NCBI RefSeq assembly: GCF_009914755.1
Contig: NC_060937.1
Reading direction: 5' to 3' (one strand)
DNA length: 64,000 nucleotides
Origin: the human T2T-CHM13v2.0 reference genome, Homo sapiens
Below, one piece after another: positions 12,982 to 26,688 of this stretch. Position numbers and translations under genes: made by a program. The notes below the pieces were generated by a model that was not told the origin of the DNA, did no database searches, and saw only the letters and a list, made by a program, of their open reading frames with translations. Each line of letters starts with the position of its first letter. The first letter of the stretch is position 1.

Positions 12982-13313
12982 TATTTATTTGTTTATTTTT
13001 TTAAGGTGCATTCTGGAGTGCAGTGGCGTGATCCTAGCTGGTGCAGCCTTATACTCCTGGGCTCAAGCGATCCTCCCGTCTCAGCCTCCCAAAGAGCTGG
13101 CACATACCACCATGCCTGGCTAATTTGTTTTATTTTTTATTTTTTGTAGACTTGGAGTCTTGCTTTGTTGCCTGAGCTGGTCTCGACCTCCTGGCCTCAA
13201 ACAATCCTCCTTCGTCCGCCTCCCAAAACACTGGAATTACAGGTAGATGCCACCATACCCACCTAATTGTTTTTAAAAATTCTTTTCCAGAGAAGAGGTC
13301 TTTCTAGGTTGCC
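12982..13313 (-). mobile_element. AluJ-type element with an extra linker plus partial third arm
   Basis: Alu arms at 13012-13262, extra arm fragment 13264-13313; flanking 14-nt repeat tcatctacctattt (12973) / tcatctatgtattt (13314). Confidence 0.8.
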
Positions 13314-14229
13314 TCATCTATGTATTTTCGATAAAACAAGTAGATCTTGATTTTAAACATTTATTCCCAACAGGGGGATGGGGCATTTTATCTTCACTAT
13401 CATTAGTCTTCTTTAGCCTTGAGGATAGAACTTGATTTCTTGGGTCCTAAGTGTCTGAATATCCCTTCAGTCGTTAGTTGAAGAGTTACAGATATTATCG
13501 CCTTTATTAAAGCCCTTGAGTTTTCTTCAGGTCTTCTGCTGTTCCACATGGGTTACCAAATTGTTTGGCAAAATCCAGCATTTGAGAACCCTCCCTTGTA
13601 CCACATGAACACTTTGCAGTCCTGCCAGGCCTTCAGAGAGAAGCTGAAAATTAGGGAAGAATTCTAAATATCTCTGGGTGTTTCTGGAAAATTTCCTTTC
13701 AATCTGAGGACATCTTAAACTAACAGTCTTTCTCCTTTCTCTTCCTCTCCCTTCCCTTTCTCTTCCTTCCTTTTCTTTTCCTTCTGGATCCTCATGTTCC
13801 ACCTGGCTTCCCTCTTCTCCCCTTGTCTGCCTCCATCACTGTATTCCCTCTTTTTTCAGCCCCATTCTCCTCTAACATTTTATAATTGGGGAACAAACAA
13901 ACAAACAAAAACAGAATATAAATTATCTTAAGATACTTTTTTGCAATTTACTTGTCAAAAAAACTTTCCTAAATGTTAAGAAGCACAGAGCTGCATTCTC
14001 AGCCTATTGGGCAGTAGGTTGCCTACGGATAAAGAAGATATCAAAGAAGAAATATATTTTCATATGTAAAAACTCTTTTGCACTATAAAGTTAGGTGTGA
14101 CTCAATCTACTTTGGGAATTTGTTTTTAAATTTAATACTGGGTAGCAGAACTATCCAAAGCAGAGTTCATATTATAGTACATTGCTATTTTGAAATTAAT
14201 AATAAAAAGGATGACTATTTCTTTCCTCT

Positions 14230-14402
14230 TTTATTTTTTATTTTTTCTTTTCTTTTCTTTCTTTTTTTTTTTTTTGAAACAGTTTCCTTATGTTGCCCAG
14301 GCTGGAGTGCAGTGGTGCAATCATAGCTCACTTCAGCCTTGAACTCCTGGGCTCAGCCTTCCAGAGGGCTGGGATTACAGGCATGAGTTACCACCTCCAG
14401 CT
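14230..14402 (-). mobile_element. Alu monomer (FRAM/AluJ-like)
   Basis: T-tail followed by a single Alu arm with an internal deletion. Confidence 0.85.
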
Positions 14403-15074
14403 TATTATTTCTATTTAGCATTTATCTTGTAATTTGTATTGTATCTTTCAAATCGATATGGCAGTATGCGCTGTATATTGGAATAGTATCTGAAAAAAAA
14501 AATACTTAATTTTTTGTTACTACCAGAAGATACTAAAAAGCAAAGTCTCAAAAGCTTATTTTTTTTTTCTCCCACGATGTTTTTACCTCAGGTCTTAAGA
14601 AAAATGGACACTTGACCACAGATTGAGCCTCACTAAATATAGGCAGACATCTTTGATCTTTGAATTTCCTCTAAGTAGATCTTCAAATGTGTATCTTGTA
14701 CTGCTACTAAGATATCTCAATTACTCTACAGTTGTAAGCAATCGCAACCAGACCCTAAATATCACCAGAGCACACTGATGCTCTTTTTAAATCAGTTTTT
14801 AATTAATTTTTGTTGATGTTTTGCTGAATGCATCCATATTTCAGAAAGATTATAAAAAAGTGCGTATCCTGAAGTGCCGCATATCTAAAAAAGGATGTTT
14901 TCCTTCATATTAGTTGTATACTCAGGCTAAACACACAGTTCTAGGTCCCAGATTTTCCATATCGAATTCCTTTTCTGAGGCTCATTTGATTTTCTTTTAT
15001 CTTTCTCCCTCTCATTTGAATCCCTGGACTTTTTTTTTTTTGAATTGGAATTTTTTTCTTGAATAAAAGTATGT

Positions 15075-15398
15075 TGAGACACCAAGATGGGAAAGGGTCC
15101 CTGGAGAAGCTCCAAGCAGCCTGCACACGGGGGCGGAGCCACAGGAGTTGACACCCTTTTCAGCTGGCAGGAGCCAGGCTCCTTCCCTTCCTGTGTGGAA
15201 CCTGAGATTTGAATGGCGGGTGGGAAGTGCTCTAGCAGGGACTCTGGCTTTGTGAGAGTCCCTGTTTCCCCCTTTTCTTCTTTTTCACCCAATAAAACTC
15301 TGCCTTACCCTTCAAACCGTCTGCAAACCTAAATCTTTGTGGCCGTGGAATGGACAAGGACCCCATCTTTAGCTGACATAAGGAAAAGTCCTGCAACA
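15075..15398 (+). mobile_element. ERV1 solo LTR (MER61-like)
   Basis: TG...CA termini (tgagac...tgcaaca), AATAAA near 15291, body matches the recalled MER61 consensus. Confidence 0.7.
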
Positions 15399-15401
15399 AT
15401 A

Positions 15402-15880
15402 GGATTTAGTTTGGCTTAACCTGAAAGCAGAACCTACGACAAGGATTTAATTACAGCTAGTTTATTTGGAAGATGACACCATGAAGGAAGAGTGAGGGAA
15501 CAGAGTGTGAGACAGAGATGGGGGAAGGCAATACAGAGTATATTAGTGAGATTGCTCACATGGGTCACTGGGTACTCAATTTTACCAGAACCTTTGAAAG
15601 AAAATGCCTCTTATGATTGTTCATCTGAAGGACAAGAGGTTGGGATACTTGCCCACTCCAACCATTATCCATCAGGTGAGGACTTCTTCTAGGTGTTTAA
15701 TTTTCTTGTACATTTAATATTTTCTTAGATGCTATACAGAGGCTCCTACAACTTTTAAGAAAATACTCAAGAGTAGCAATCAGGGGTGAGCGTTTGACAA
15801 GGAGCACAGAAAAAAAAAATGTTTGCCTAAGTATAAAATTGAAAGAAGTCACATGAAATCATTTTGGGGGTCTAATTGGC
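15402..15880 (-). mobile_element. ERVL LTR (LTR33/LTR16-like)
   Basis: aaagcagaacctacgacaaggattt...tagtttatttggaagatga is the reverse complement of the LTR16/LTR33 3' end. Confidence 0.6.
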
Positions 15881-16089
15881 TTTCATCCCAATTGTTGCTG
15901 AGCTCAGGGAAATACCACTAACCCACACCCAGCTCCTGAAGGCAAGACTTATTTTTCACCTTAGATTCATCCCTTTATTTATTTTACCCATATTACCTAT
16001 TCGTTACAAATACTTGACGGCCCACTCTCCAGGAAACCTCCTGAATGTGGTTACTTTTATCACCTGTACTCCTAAAGCGCTAGTCTGAG

Positions 16090-16760
16090 ACAGGATTATT
16101 TCCTACCTGTGCTGCGTAAGAATCCTGTTCATGTCTTTCTTCCTCTACTCCAGCCTCTGACATCCATTTACCGTATAACTGCCACAGTGATATTGTTAAG
16201 GGGCACATTTTTAAAGGCATCTGTCTCCTGATTACATTTATCCAGTCTTTCCACTGTATTCTGAATAAGATCCTACCTAGTCTCTTCCCTGATCTGGTTC
16301 CCCCCAACCCCTCCAATCCCCTCGTCCTACACCAGCTAACCCTCACTGATTATGCTATAAACACTTGATCTCCCTAAATATGTCAAGCTCATTCTACCTT
16401 TGTTCTCACTGCCAATTTGGCTGGCAGGGAGGGCAGATATGATTCCCTGGAATCTTTCAAGTGTAGCCTTCTGGGTTCAGGTCTCACTTCAAATGCACCC
16501 CCTGCAGTCAGGCCTACCCTGATCATTAAGATCAAAGACCATTTTCAGCTTTATCTCTAAGATAGCCTTCCATTTTACATTGTTCCCTGCACTTAATACT
16601 TCTAATAAATGCTCATTTACTAATGTGTTTACATAAATTCACAGTGCTGTCTCTCATGGAACATAAGGGATATTCTGTTCTTCATGTTTTATTCTGTTGT
16701 TTATGTTTTATTCTTGTCTCTTGTAGGCAATTAATAATATGTTTTGACTATCTGAAATGT
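16090..16760 (+). mobile_element. L2 3' fragment
   Basis: ttcaggtctcacttcaaatgcacc...ggcctaccctgatca and terminal gtaggcaattaataatatgttttga. Confidence 0.65.
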
Positions 16761-17282
16761 ATGTATCAGGTAAATTCTATGATCAATCACTAGAATTATT
16801 CACTTACTTAAAAGTCTTAATTATTTCCTGTTTTTTTTCATTGTTTTTCAGGCTTACTTGTCTTAAAATTTAGCCCAATAACTCTTCCCCAAGTTAGTGC
16901 AAGAACTAGTGTGCTTCAAGATATATGGAGAAAAATACCTTTATCCTGACTGGTTTAAGTTTAAATTAATCAGCAGTACTCTTCTCTGGCCTTTAGCAAT
17001 GCCTAGAAAAAATTTTATATTCCGTCACCTTTATCACTCTACTAGGTGAGAATTTGTGATCTTAGATTCCTTTTGCACTTCAAACAAGGAACCACATCCT
17101 ATCTCTTATTGTTGATATCACTTCCTTTTTTCACTGAGAAAAGAGGAACAATCAAAAGAGTTTCCATCACCATTCCTACACACTTTTCTTTTCTGTAACC
17201 ATGTACTGTACCTTCTGTTCTGTTCCAAAGATGAACTACCTGAGCTCCTAGCTGAAACCAATCCCTGTACTGACTCAATGAA

Positions 17283-17970
17283 TGTTGTCAGGAAAATATC
17301 ATTAAAAACAAAATTTCCTGCCAACCCAGAAACACCCCCACAAAAGAATAGAAAGAAAAGTTTTATTACTGAATAAACCTAAATCAGAATGTGATGCACA
17401 TCATAGGCAGCCTGCTAAAGAGAATACAAAGGCAGAAAGAACTCTTATGCTTTGTTAAGCCAAGCAGATACAACTCTTTACATACATGTGCTCAAGATAT
17501 ACTTGTTTTCAAGAGGACATGACAGCGACATTTGTTACACATTGTTCATCCTAAATTCACCTGGTACTTGTGGTGACTGTCTCAGCTAATTGGCTTTATT
17601 TAAAGGAAAAGTAAACAATACATTTATGATGGATAGTAGTTTTGCAACTTGGAGTGAGGTACCCACTAAAGTTAGGCTCCTACACGCCCAGAGAAACTGG
17701 AGATAGAGGCTCTATATTCCTTGATGGTTGCATTTCAAAGATATACCTCCCAGGTCCTTGAGAAAAACATCCCTGGGCCATAAAATCAGCAAGATGTTTA
17801 TTTGGCATTTACAGTGATTTACATACATATCAAAGAAGCAGAAAAAGAATTTGTAATGACCAGCTCTCTAAAGAAACTGCTCTAAGAAAAAAGAAAGGGG
17901 AAGTAGTTTCTTTTCCTTCTTACAGAAAGGAAAATTATTATTATTTTTCTTCAGATTTGTATTTACTCTT
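17283..17970 (-). mobile_element. ERV1 solo LTR (MER92-like, tentative)
   Basis: Begins tgttgtcaggaaaatatc, has a reverse poly(A) signal ttttatt near 17361, and interrupts the L2. Confidence 0.55.
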
Positions 17971-18186
17971 ACAATACTATCCCTTTTTTTCTTCTCTAGC
18001 ATCAAATGTTCCCATTCTGGATTGTTTCCATAAACATATAAATGTGCCATAATTTCTGTCTCAACCAAAAAATAAAAAAATAAACAATGATGCACTATTG
18101 TCTTTCCATCCTTTTATGATTACAGTCCTTCGCTTTGCACAAGACTCTATAAAGATTTGTCTATTAAAACTGCTTCCAATTTCTCT

Positions 18187-19196
18187 TGGAAAATACAATC
18201 TCAGGACACCAAAACTCCTTATGCCAAAGGGAAAGTTAAGCTTGGAGACTGAATCACCCTATGCTGCCATCCTCTTCACTGATGAATAACATGAATAACT
18301 TTTACTTTACAATCTGGTGTCAAAACATTATACAATGGTGGCTCATGCCTGTAATCCCAGCACTTTGGGAGGCCAAAGTGGTTAGATGGCTTCAGCCCAG
18401 GAGTTTGAGACCAGCCTGGGCAACATGGCAAAACCCCTTCTCTGCAAATAATACCAAAATTAGCTGGGTGTGGTGGCATGTGCCTGTGGTCCCAGCTACT
18501 CGGGAAGCTGAGGTGGGAGGATTGCTGGAGCTCAGGAGGCAGAAGCTGCAGTGAGCCATGGTCATGCCACTGCACTCTGCTAGATATCTTGTCTCCAAAA
18601 AACAAACAAACAAACAAAACCCATTATACATTAGACAGACCCCACAGTAAGGCAAAAACGTCAGACATTTTCTGATGACTACTCACCACAAAAACACTCA
18701 TAAGTAAATTCTTTACCAGCCTCAAAACCTTCAAAATGTGTATCTTCCCACAAAACAAGGTCATGTAAATTGAAACTCTAGATCTGCAATAGATGTCTAA
18801 CTTCTAAAACCAAAGTCTGTTGGCTTCCACACTGATAGACGTCCATTATTAGTTTATATTTCTAGTGCAAAACAAAGGTAAGATGAGATCAATTGTTCCT
18901 TCACCCCCTACCCAGAAATCTGCATAATTGTTTTCTTATTCTATTTCCTTTTTCTTCAAATGTTCACTTTATCTTATGTAAAATGTAGATTTACTGGGCA
19001 CTAACTAAAATCTCACAAATATGTAATGATTTGTCTCACTGCATCCTCCCCTCTTTTTAGGAAAATGTATAAATACTAAACCTCCTGAGAACCTCTTTGG
19101 AAAAAACAGTGATGGTTGTGTCTGTGACTTGTGTGAAAGCTGGTTTGTTTAACCTCAACTGATTAAGCTGGCCTCATTCACTCATTTCATTTAACA
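18187..19196 (+). mobile_element. ERV1 MER4-group solo LTR (MER39/MER72-like) interrupted by an Alu
   Basis: aatctcaggacaccaaaactccttatgccaaagggaaagttaagcttgg start; atcttatgtaaaatgtagatttactgggcac core; ends ...tttaaca. Confidence 0.65.
18335..18621 (+). mobile_element. AluJ, slightly 5'-truncated
   Basis: Dimeric Alu with (CAAA)n tail; TSD cattataca at 18326-18334 and 18622-18630. Confidence 0.95.
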
Positions 19197-20138
19197 TTTT
19201 GAAATCTTTGAACCCCCTCCACCTATTCCAGCCAACCACAAGACTTTTCCTGTCATGTTTTCTAATTATATCCATGTTGCTGAATCCTATTATTATTTGT
19301 CAATATTCATCTGTCTTTAATACCAAGAACATTTAGCACATTTAACTTTCATTGGAACACTTTCTTCACTTGGTTTTTAGTTCACCACACTCATCCTGTT
19401 TTCCTCCTATTTTAAACAACGTACCTCAGTATGCTTTGCTGTATTCTCTTCATCTATATATTCTAACCTCTTAATACTGGAGTGTGTTAGGGCTCAGTCC
19501 TTGGACTGAGTCTCTTTCTATCCATATTTACTCCTTCAGTGATGTCATACAGCTTCCTGCTTTTCCATATTAAATACATACATATACTAATATTTCACAA
19601 GTTTGCGTTTCTAGCCTAGATCTGTCCCAGGAACCACAGAATCTTGAATCTTAAGGAATAATAAACAAACATCAAAAACAATGCACCTAGAACTGAGCTT
19701 CTGATATTACCCACATGCCTTGTCTTTTCATAGTCTTTCTCATTTTGGTAAATGGTAGCAATGATATTTCAGTAGCTCAGGATCCAAATTTGAAGCTATT
19801 GCAAAACCTTTTCAACATTTCTTATTTTCCTTTTCCTGCTTTACTTTTCTCTTTTGTTTTTGTGGCCATACAACATGTTGCATATTTAATATATTTATCT
19901 TGATTACTTTCAAACTCCCTCAGTAGAAAGTAAACTTCATGAAAGAGTATGTTTTCCTCATCAGCATATTCCTAGGGTCTAAAGCTGTGCCTAGCACAAT
20001 GAAGGCTCAATAAATGTCTGTTAAATAAGTGAATAAAAATTGAATAAGTATTTTCTGAATCAGTCAAATTTCTTTTAAATTTCCTGAATGCTGAAGTATA
20101 AAGGAGTAAAATAGATATAGAAATAGAAATATGTTTAA

Positions 20139-20507
20139 TGATATGGTTTGGTTGTGTCCCTACCCAAATCTCATCTTGAATTGTAGTTCCCATAATCCCC
20201 ATGTGTCATGGGAGTGACCTTGTGGGAGGTAATCATAAGAGCAGTTACCCTCATGCTGTTCTGGTGATAGTAAGCGGATTCTCACAATATCTGATGGTTT
20301 TATAAGGGGCTTCTCACACTTTACTTGGCAATTTTATCTCCTGCCACCATGTGAAGGAGGACACGTTTCCTTCCCCTTCCACTGTGACTGTAAGCTTCCT
20401 GAGGCCTCTGCTGCCATGTGGAACTGTGAGTCAATTAAACCTCTTTCCTTTATAAATTACCCAGTCTTATGTATTTCTTCATAGAAGAGTGAAAATGAAC
20501 TAATACA
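20139..20507 (+). mobile_element. THE1 (THE1C/D-like) solo LTR
   Basis: tgatatggtttgg...ctaataca termini; 5-bp TSD tttaa on both sides. Confidence 0.9.
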
Positions 20508-22743
20508 TTTAACTACTAAGACAGATAAATCTGAAATTGAGATATGTAATTGAGTTGGTTGGTTCTAAATATAAAATTGTGTGACATAACCAGTGAAATT
20601 CACTCTGAAGAAAGAGCGTCCATGTCTCTTGGAGTACCTTTAACTCTATTTAGTTGTACGGTAAAAATAATTGATCACAGCATTTTGACATATAAAATGC
20701 AATTTTGCCAATGAAAATACATCAGGCTTACTTAGAAACCCTTATGTCCTCTTAATAATGGGCCATTTGCATTCTTTTATATATATTCTTATCAGTGTTT
20801 TTTTCTTCTTTTTTAAAAGTTTTTCCTCTGTTAACCACTTTTCTGTTATAGCTTCAGGTTATCTTACTGACTCTGACAATTATTTTTCTGAATTCTTTCT
20901 TTTGTGGTAAAGAGAAATGAGATTTAACTGGAGTAACCTGTGTATGCTATACAGGAATTACACATCATTACTTTTAGAGGTTTGCTCTGAAACACTCTGG
21001 ACTGATTTTACATTGTTTAGACATGATTTAGTGATAACACTTCAAGAATCTGTTTACATTCTCTTTTCCAAAAGAGCCACACTCTTCAATATTTAAGGAA
21101 ATAAAATAATGTTTATGATTTAATGTGTTTTTCTCCAGCTTGCACATCAATCATTTGTTTTTGGTCTCTAAAGTAATATTTTCTTTATTGTGAATACCTA
21201 GTATTTTAAAATACGTTTTAAAATTGTTATCACTCTATAAAGCATAGTGGTTCATTTTGCAATGAAAACTTTGGCTTATGTTATTGAATAACAATTATAT
21301 GAAATTAAAATAATTTAATTAATTTAGTGGTAACAACAGTTATGCTTTCAATTATTTATATAGGCTGAATCAATTAGTTTGGTAGGTATTATTTAATTTA
21401 ACTTTTACAAGAATACTTGTAATACTACAGTAATTTCATTTCCATTTTGCAAAATGAATGAACTAATTTGTGGTGATTAAATGTATTGCTAAATCTTAAA
21501 ACAATACTTTGGGGAAGAATGGGTGTTTGCAAAATTGAGGAATTTGGATTACATTTGCACTCGTAGGTGTGATCTCCTGCACCAAAATCCTTGGTATAGA
21601 AGGGCACTGTGCACAGCTACAAACTTTATGTCTTCCAACTCCAGACATTGCCTTACATATGTGATGTGAAAGATGTTTATTGAATGTGTGCAGTGGTGCA
21701 GCTCTGAATAAAGTTAGAATTAACACATTTTCTATTTCTTCTTCCATGTGGTAAATATAATTCATAAGCCATTATTAGCATAACAAAATGATCATTTATT
21801 AATTTCATTTGATGAACATATTTTATCACATATCTAAATTGTATTTTTTACATCCAAGACCTGCTAACTGGAATTTTTTTAGTAGTTTGGCCTTAAGTTT
21901 TATGTTTATGGCTGTGTCTTAATTTACCTAGATATTTACCTTGTCTATCTAGATTTTATTTTCCTTGATTAAAATAAAACACTATTTTTGACCACTTAAG
22001 AGTGAAACGCAGCATCCAAAAATATAGATGCAATGTTTAATTTGTGAAAACGATGCTCTGGATTTTTATATATTCAAAATGTAAGAAAATACAGAGAAGT
22101 TACTAGGTAAAAAATACTGCAGATGTGGATATAGATTAATGGATTTGTGTCATTAAAAGTGTTCTGCTCTATAATTTGTTAAGCTGAGACAATAATATAT
22201 GAATTTTACATGTTACTTTGATATGTATTAATGAAGCAAAAGCCAGTAAGTGCAAGAACCAATATATCTATATTTAAATAATATAACGTGTTCAAACAAG
22301 AATTATTCTTTTTAATTTAGGTTTAATATTGCATAAAAGAATTATTCTAAAAGAAGTAATACTCTAGTTAGAAAGTTAACAAAATCTTTAAAGCATATAA
22401 TATGGAAAAATAAGCACAAAAATAAAAATAAATACAGTTTCGGATATTGGAATTTGCATTTTTAAAAATTGACTTTCCTTATAGAGTCAAAAATTAGATG
22501 GTGACTTGGTTTTCCTCATTAAATATTACAATCACACTTGTTCCATTGTACATCTTTGAAATAATGCCAATTATGTGATTATTTCTCTGATAACTATATA
22601 CTGAAGAGAAGAAAATATTTCATCAGAGAAATTCATAATTTTAAAATTAAAAATTTATATTTTATTGTCTAGTTCCATCATCTTGGAAACCATAGTTAAC
22701 AATGGGAACGTAAGTAAATATGGATTACGTAGTAAACTATTAT

Positions 22744-23119
22744 TGTATTAGTTTGATTTTGCATTGCTATAAAGAAATGCCTGAGACTGGGTAATTTATA
22801 ATTAAAAAAAAAAGTTTAACTGGCTTATGATTTTGTACAGGAAGCATGGCTGAGGAGGCCTCAGGGAGCGTTTACTCATGGCAGAAGTCAAAGGGAAAGC
22901 AGGCAAGCGTTTATGTGGTCAAAGCAGGAGGAAGAGTGAGAGGGAAGGTGTCGCACACTTTTAAACAACCAGATCTCACAAGAACTCTATCACCAGATTA
23001 GCCCCAAAGGAGGAAAGCTGCCCCTATGATCCAATCACCTCTTACCATGCCCCACCTCCTACACTGAGATTACAATTCAACATAAGATTTGGATAGGGAC
23101 ACAGATCCAAACCAGATCA
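22744..23119 (-). mobile_element. MSTA-like MaLR solo LTR
   Basis: tgtattagt...cctgagactgggtaatttata...acacagatccaaaccagatca. Confidence 0.85.
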
Positions 23120-25039
23120 ATAATCATTTGAAAAAAGATATCCCAGTCGGTGATAATGCCAGTCATTATATCTCTCTAAAGGAAAATGTTGGAAGTCCTC
23201 TACCTTTTTTACTGAATTTGTGTAAATAGTTGCAAAGATGCTGATGACTATCCCAGATGGAGTCACTCTTTCCTTGCATAGTATAATAACTATGTGATAA
23301 TATTAACTACTTTTCTATTGTGGGGAATTGAGAATTGCTAATCATTTATTTGCAAATGACATATGCATTCTTTCTGCTCTCCAGCATAATACTTTGATTA
23401 GTAGAACGATCCTCAAAACAGAATAATCTGTTCTTAAAGAGACAACTAATGAATAGGTTTTATAATATACAATATTGTCCTGGTACATAATACATGTCAA
23501 ATTCAATAATGTAGTTTGCTAAATGAATAAATAATCTGATAAATATTATTCATATTGAGTGTAAATTAGGCTTTTAATTACACTAACTGACATTTGCCAG
23601 TCATCTTAATTTTAATAATATTATGGCCTATATTTTATGTTTCTTCAATTTTTTTTCTTATTGACTACCATATTGTCTGGATGGTGGAGAGAGGAAGTGC
23701 TAAAAATTTTGGTGATAAATCAGTGTACATGTGTACACATATTTTGATTCCATGCTTAATAGATATTTTGTTAAAAATGATACTTTAGAGAAAAGTACTA
23801 ACTTTAAGTTTAAAATAAGAGAAAGTAAATACAACTTTAAATAGCCAATAACATTTCCTACATAAATTTTTATAAAGTTAAAATGAGCTTACAGAGCAAA
23901 CATTAGATAATAAAAATTAAGTTGTCAACAATGTAATATTTGTCAACAAACATATAGTGTAATATCTATAGTTTCTTCACAGTTAAGCATTTTTCTGAAT
24001 AATTTAAGTGAGATTAGATATAATGCTTAAAGGTTTACAAGCATTGGAATGATAAAATGATTGATAATTTGACAAATACTGATTGCATCTTGGTGGAAAT
24101 TCTTTTGAAGGAGCAGAAGAAATGATATCTAAAGACAGTCATGAAGTACTTCATAGTCTTATGAAATTTTGAGGAGTAATAATGAATTTATATCACATTA
24201 TTTATTGGACGAATAATCATCAATTTTTGAAATAATAACATTTTCTCAATTTGTGAATTGTTACCAATCTCAACTCAGTCTAATAAAACTCAGAGAAAGA
24301 GACTACTTATTTTATTTTAACACAACATGTAGCTTTAGTGATTTAGTTTGAATTTTTAGAACATAGACTAATGTTTTACCAGGATATTTTTCTCAGTAAA
24401 AAAGATTTCCTTTAAAATATAGATAGCATTTTGAAGTATTCATTTTAATATTGTATTTTTTTAGGTTTTATTCTTTCCTTATTTTTTATATATGTGTATA
24501 TACACAAATACATAAATATAATATACATATAAGTATATATACACATATATCAAACATATCTATAAAGAATCTGAATATAATACATGCATATATTTTTTCA
24601 AGTAGACCAAAACTTTCTTACACTGAAGAATAATTACTTACCTATTTTTAGTTCCTATTGATAGTTCATTGAGCAAATGAAATTTTCTGTGATTCTAAGA
24701 TCCAGTTGATTGTAAGCTATAATATTCATTTAATAACACTGTAGCATTAAATACATTTACTGGATTTTAAAAAGAGGAGTTAGCTAAAATGTCTGCATGT
24801 CAAATTAGGGCCGTATGGTTGCCACAACCCCAGGAATGTTTGGTAATTACAGTCTTCTTACATTATAGTTGTTCAATGAATAACTTGATATCTGTGACAA
24901 AAAAAAGAAGATTTTTTTTTCTAATTTATTCCTAGTTAGTTATGTGACTATAAGCCGATGTTGGTCTTTGTTTTTCTAATTCATAAAACAATAACAAAAA
25001 TCAATAGGGTCTTATTTTGTATGTAACTGCTTTTTAAAA

Positions 25040-25201
25040 AATTATTTTATTTTACATATTTTTCTGTTATTGATACGTAATGTGTTACATATTTCTGGGG
25101 TACATGTAAGAGCTCTCTACATGCATAGAATATGTTATGACCAAGTCAGGCATTTCTGGTATCCATCACCTTGAGTCCTTATCATTTCTTTGTTTTGGAA
25201 C
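25040..25201 (-). mobile_element. L1MA 3' end fragment
   Basis: tacatatttctggggtacatgt...tatccatcaccttgag is typical L1MA 3' UTR in reverse. Confidence 0.7.
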
Positions 25202-25332
25202 TTCTTAATTATTATTACTTTAGCTACAGCAGACAACCCAAATATAAAAATATCCACATCAAGGGAGGTATATGCCTGGAAGTGTATCTTTATAAAGAAG
25301 GAATGCTTTGTTGTTGATGGTGGTGGTTTGTG

Positions 25333-25885
25333 TGTTACAGGAAAGGCATCCTGATCCAGACCCCAAAAGAGAGTTCTTGGATATCGCTCAAGAAAGAATT
25401 CTGGGGGAGTCCACATTGCAAAGTGAAAGCTAGTTTTTTAAGAAAGTAAAGGAATCAAAGAATAGCTACTCCATAGTCAGAGCAGCCTGGAGGGCTGTTG
25501 ATTGCCCATTTTTATGGTAATTTCTTGATGATATGCTAAACAAGGGGTGGATTATTTATGCCTCCCCTTTTTAGACCATATAGAGTAACTTCCTGATGTT
25601 GTCATGACATTTGTAAACTGTCATGATACTGATGGGAGTGTAGCAGTGAGGACGACCAGAGGTCACTTTCGTCACCATTTTGGTTTTGGTGGGTTTTTGC
25701 CAGCTCCTTCCTGCAACCTGCTTTATCAGCAGTGTTTTTATGACCTGTATTTTGTGTTGACCTCCTGTCTCATCCTGTGACTTAGAATGCCTTAGCCATC
25801 TGGGAATTCGGCCCAGTAGGTTTCAGCCTCATTTTACCCAGCTCCTATTTAAGATGGAGTTGCTCTGGTTCACATGCTTCTGACA
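25333..25885 (-). mobile_element. MER41 solo LTR (length fits MER41A)
   Basis: tgttacaggaaagg...gatccagacccc...aagatggagttgctctggttcacatgcttctgaca; 553 bp; 4-bp TSD tgtg. Confidence 0.85.
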
Positions 25886-26217
25886 TGTGTGTCTGTGTAA
25901 ACAAATACCAATTACTATTCTTATACTATCGAATTTATTCTTTCACTTGGGAAATAAATTTAAATGTTCTCCAGTTTTTCAGAGACACTTTTGCTCAGAA
26001 TTTTTGCTGTGTGTTTTGATTAGTGCAAGCAAATATTTCATTTGTACTTTTTCTTCTTTGACTGAAAAACTAGAAGGAATGAGATTGCTATTTAAGGTGG
26101 CCTCTACTAAGCTTACCAAGTACTGTCTCACTGTTTCATCATGTCATACACTCTCCTAAATAAATCTATGAAAACAGAAAAAAATATACAATGCACAATA
26201 TTAAAAAAATAACTCCA

Positions 26218-26591
<374 letters not shown>

Positions 26592-26688
26592 TTAGCAAAA
26601 CTGTTAACCAGCATATGACTTGTCCTCTGTAGCACTGTTGTGTTACAGTCCTGGAAAACATTTACATCTCCTTTGTTTTGTCCTGAAC

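Larger units (their letters stand above)
17170..20036 (+). mobile_element. L2a element split into three pieces (about 17170-17280, 17975-18185, 19197-20036) by two LTR insertions
   Basis: RT motif remnant ggagtgtgttagggctcagtccttgga (GVxxGSVLG) near 19479; 3' end gtgcctagcacaatgaaggctcaataaatgtctgttaaataagtgaat. Confidence 0.75.

Noticed and set aside
16825-16860. Strong-looking splice acceptor (polypyrimidine + cag); similar ones near 9580 and 36607
   Set aside because: No supportable exon or matching donor; such motifs are frequent in T-rich DNA. A spliced lncRNA cannot be excluded or supported from sequence alone.
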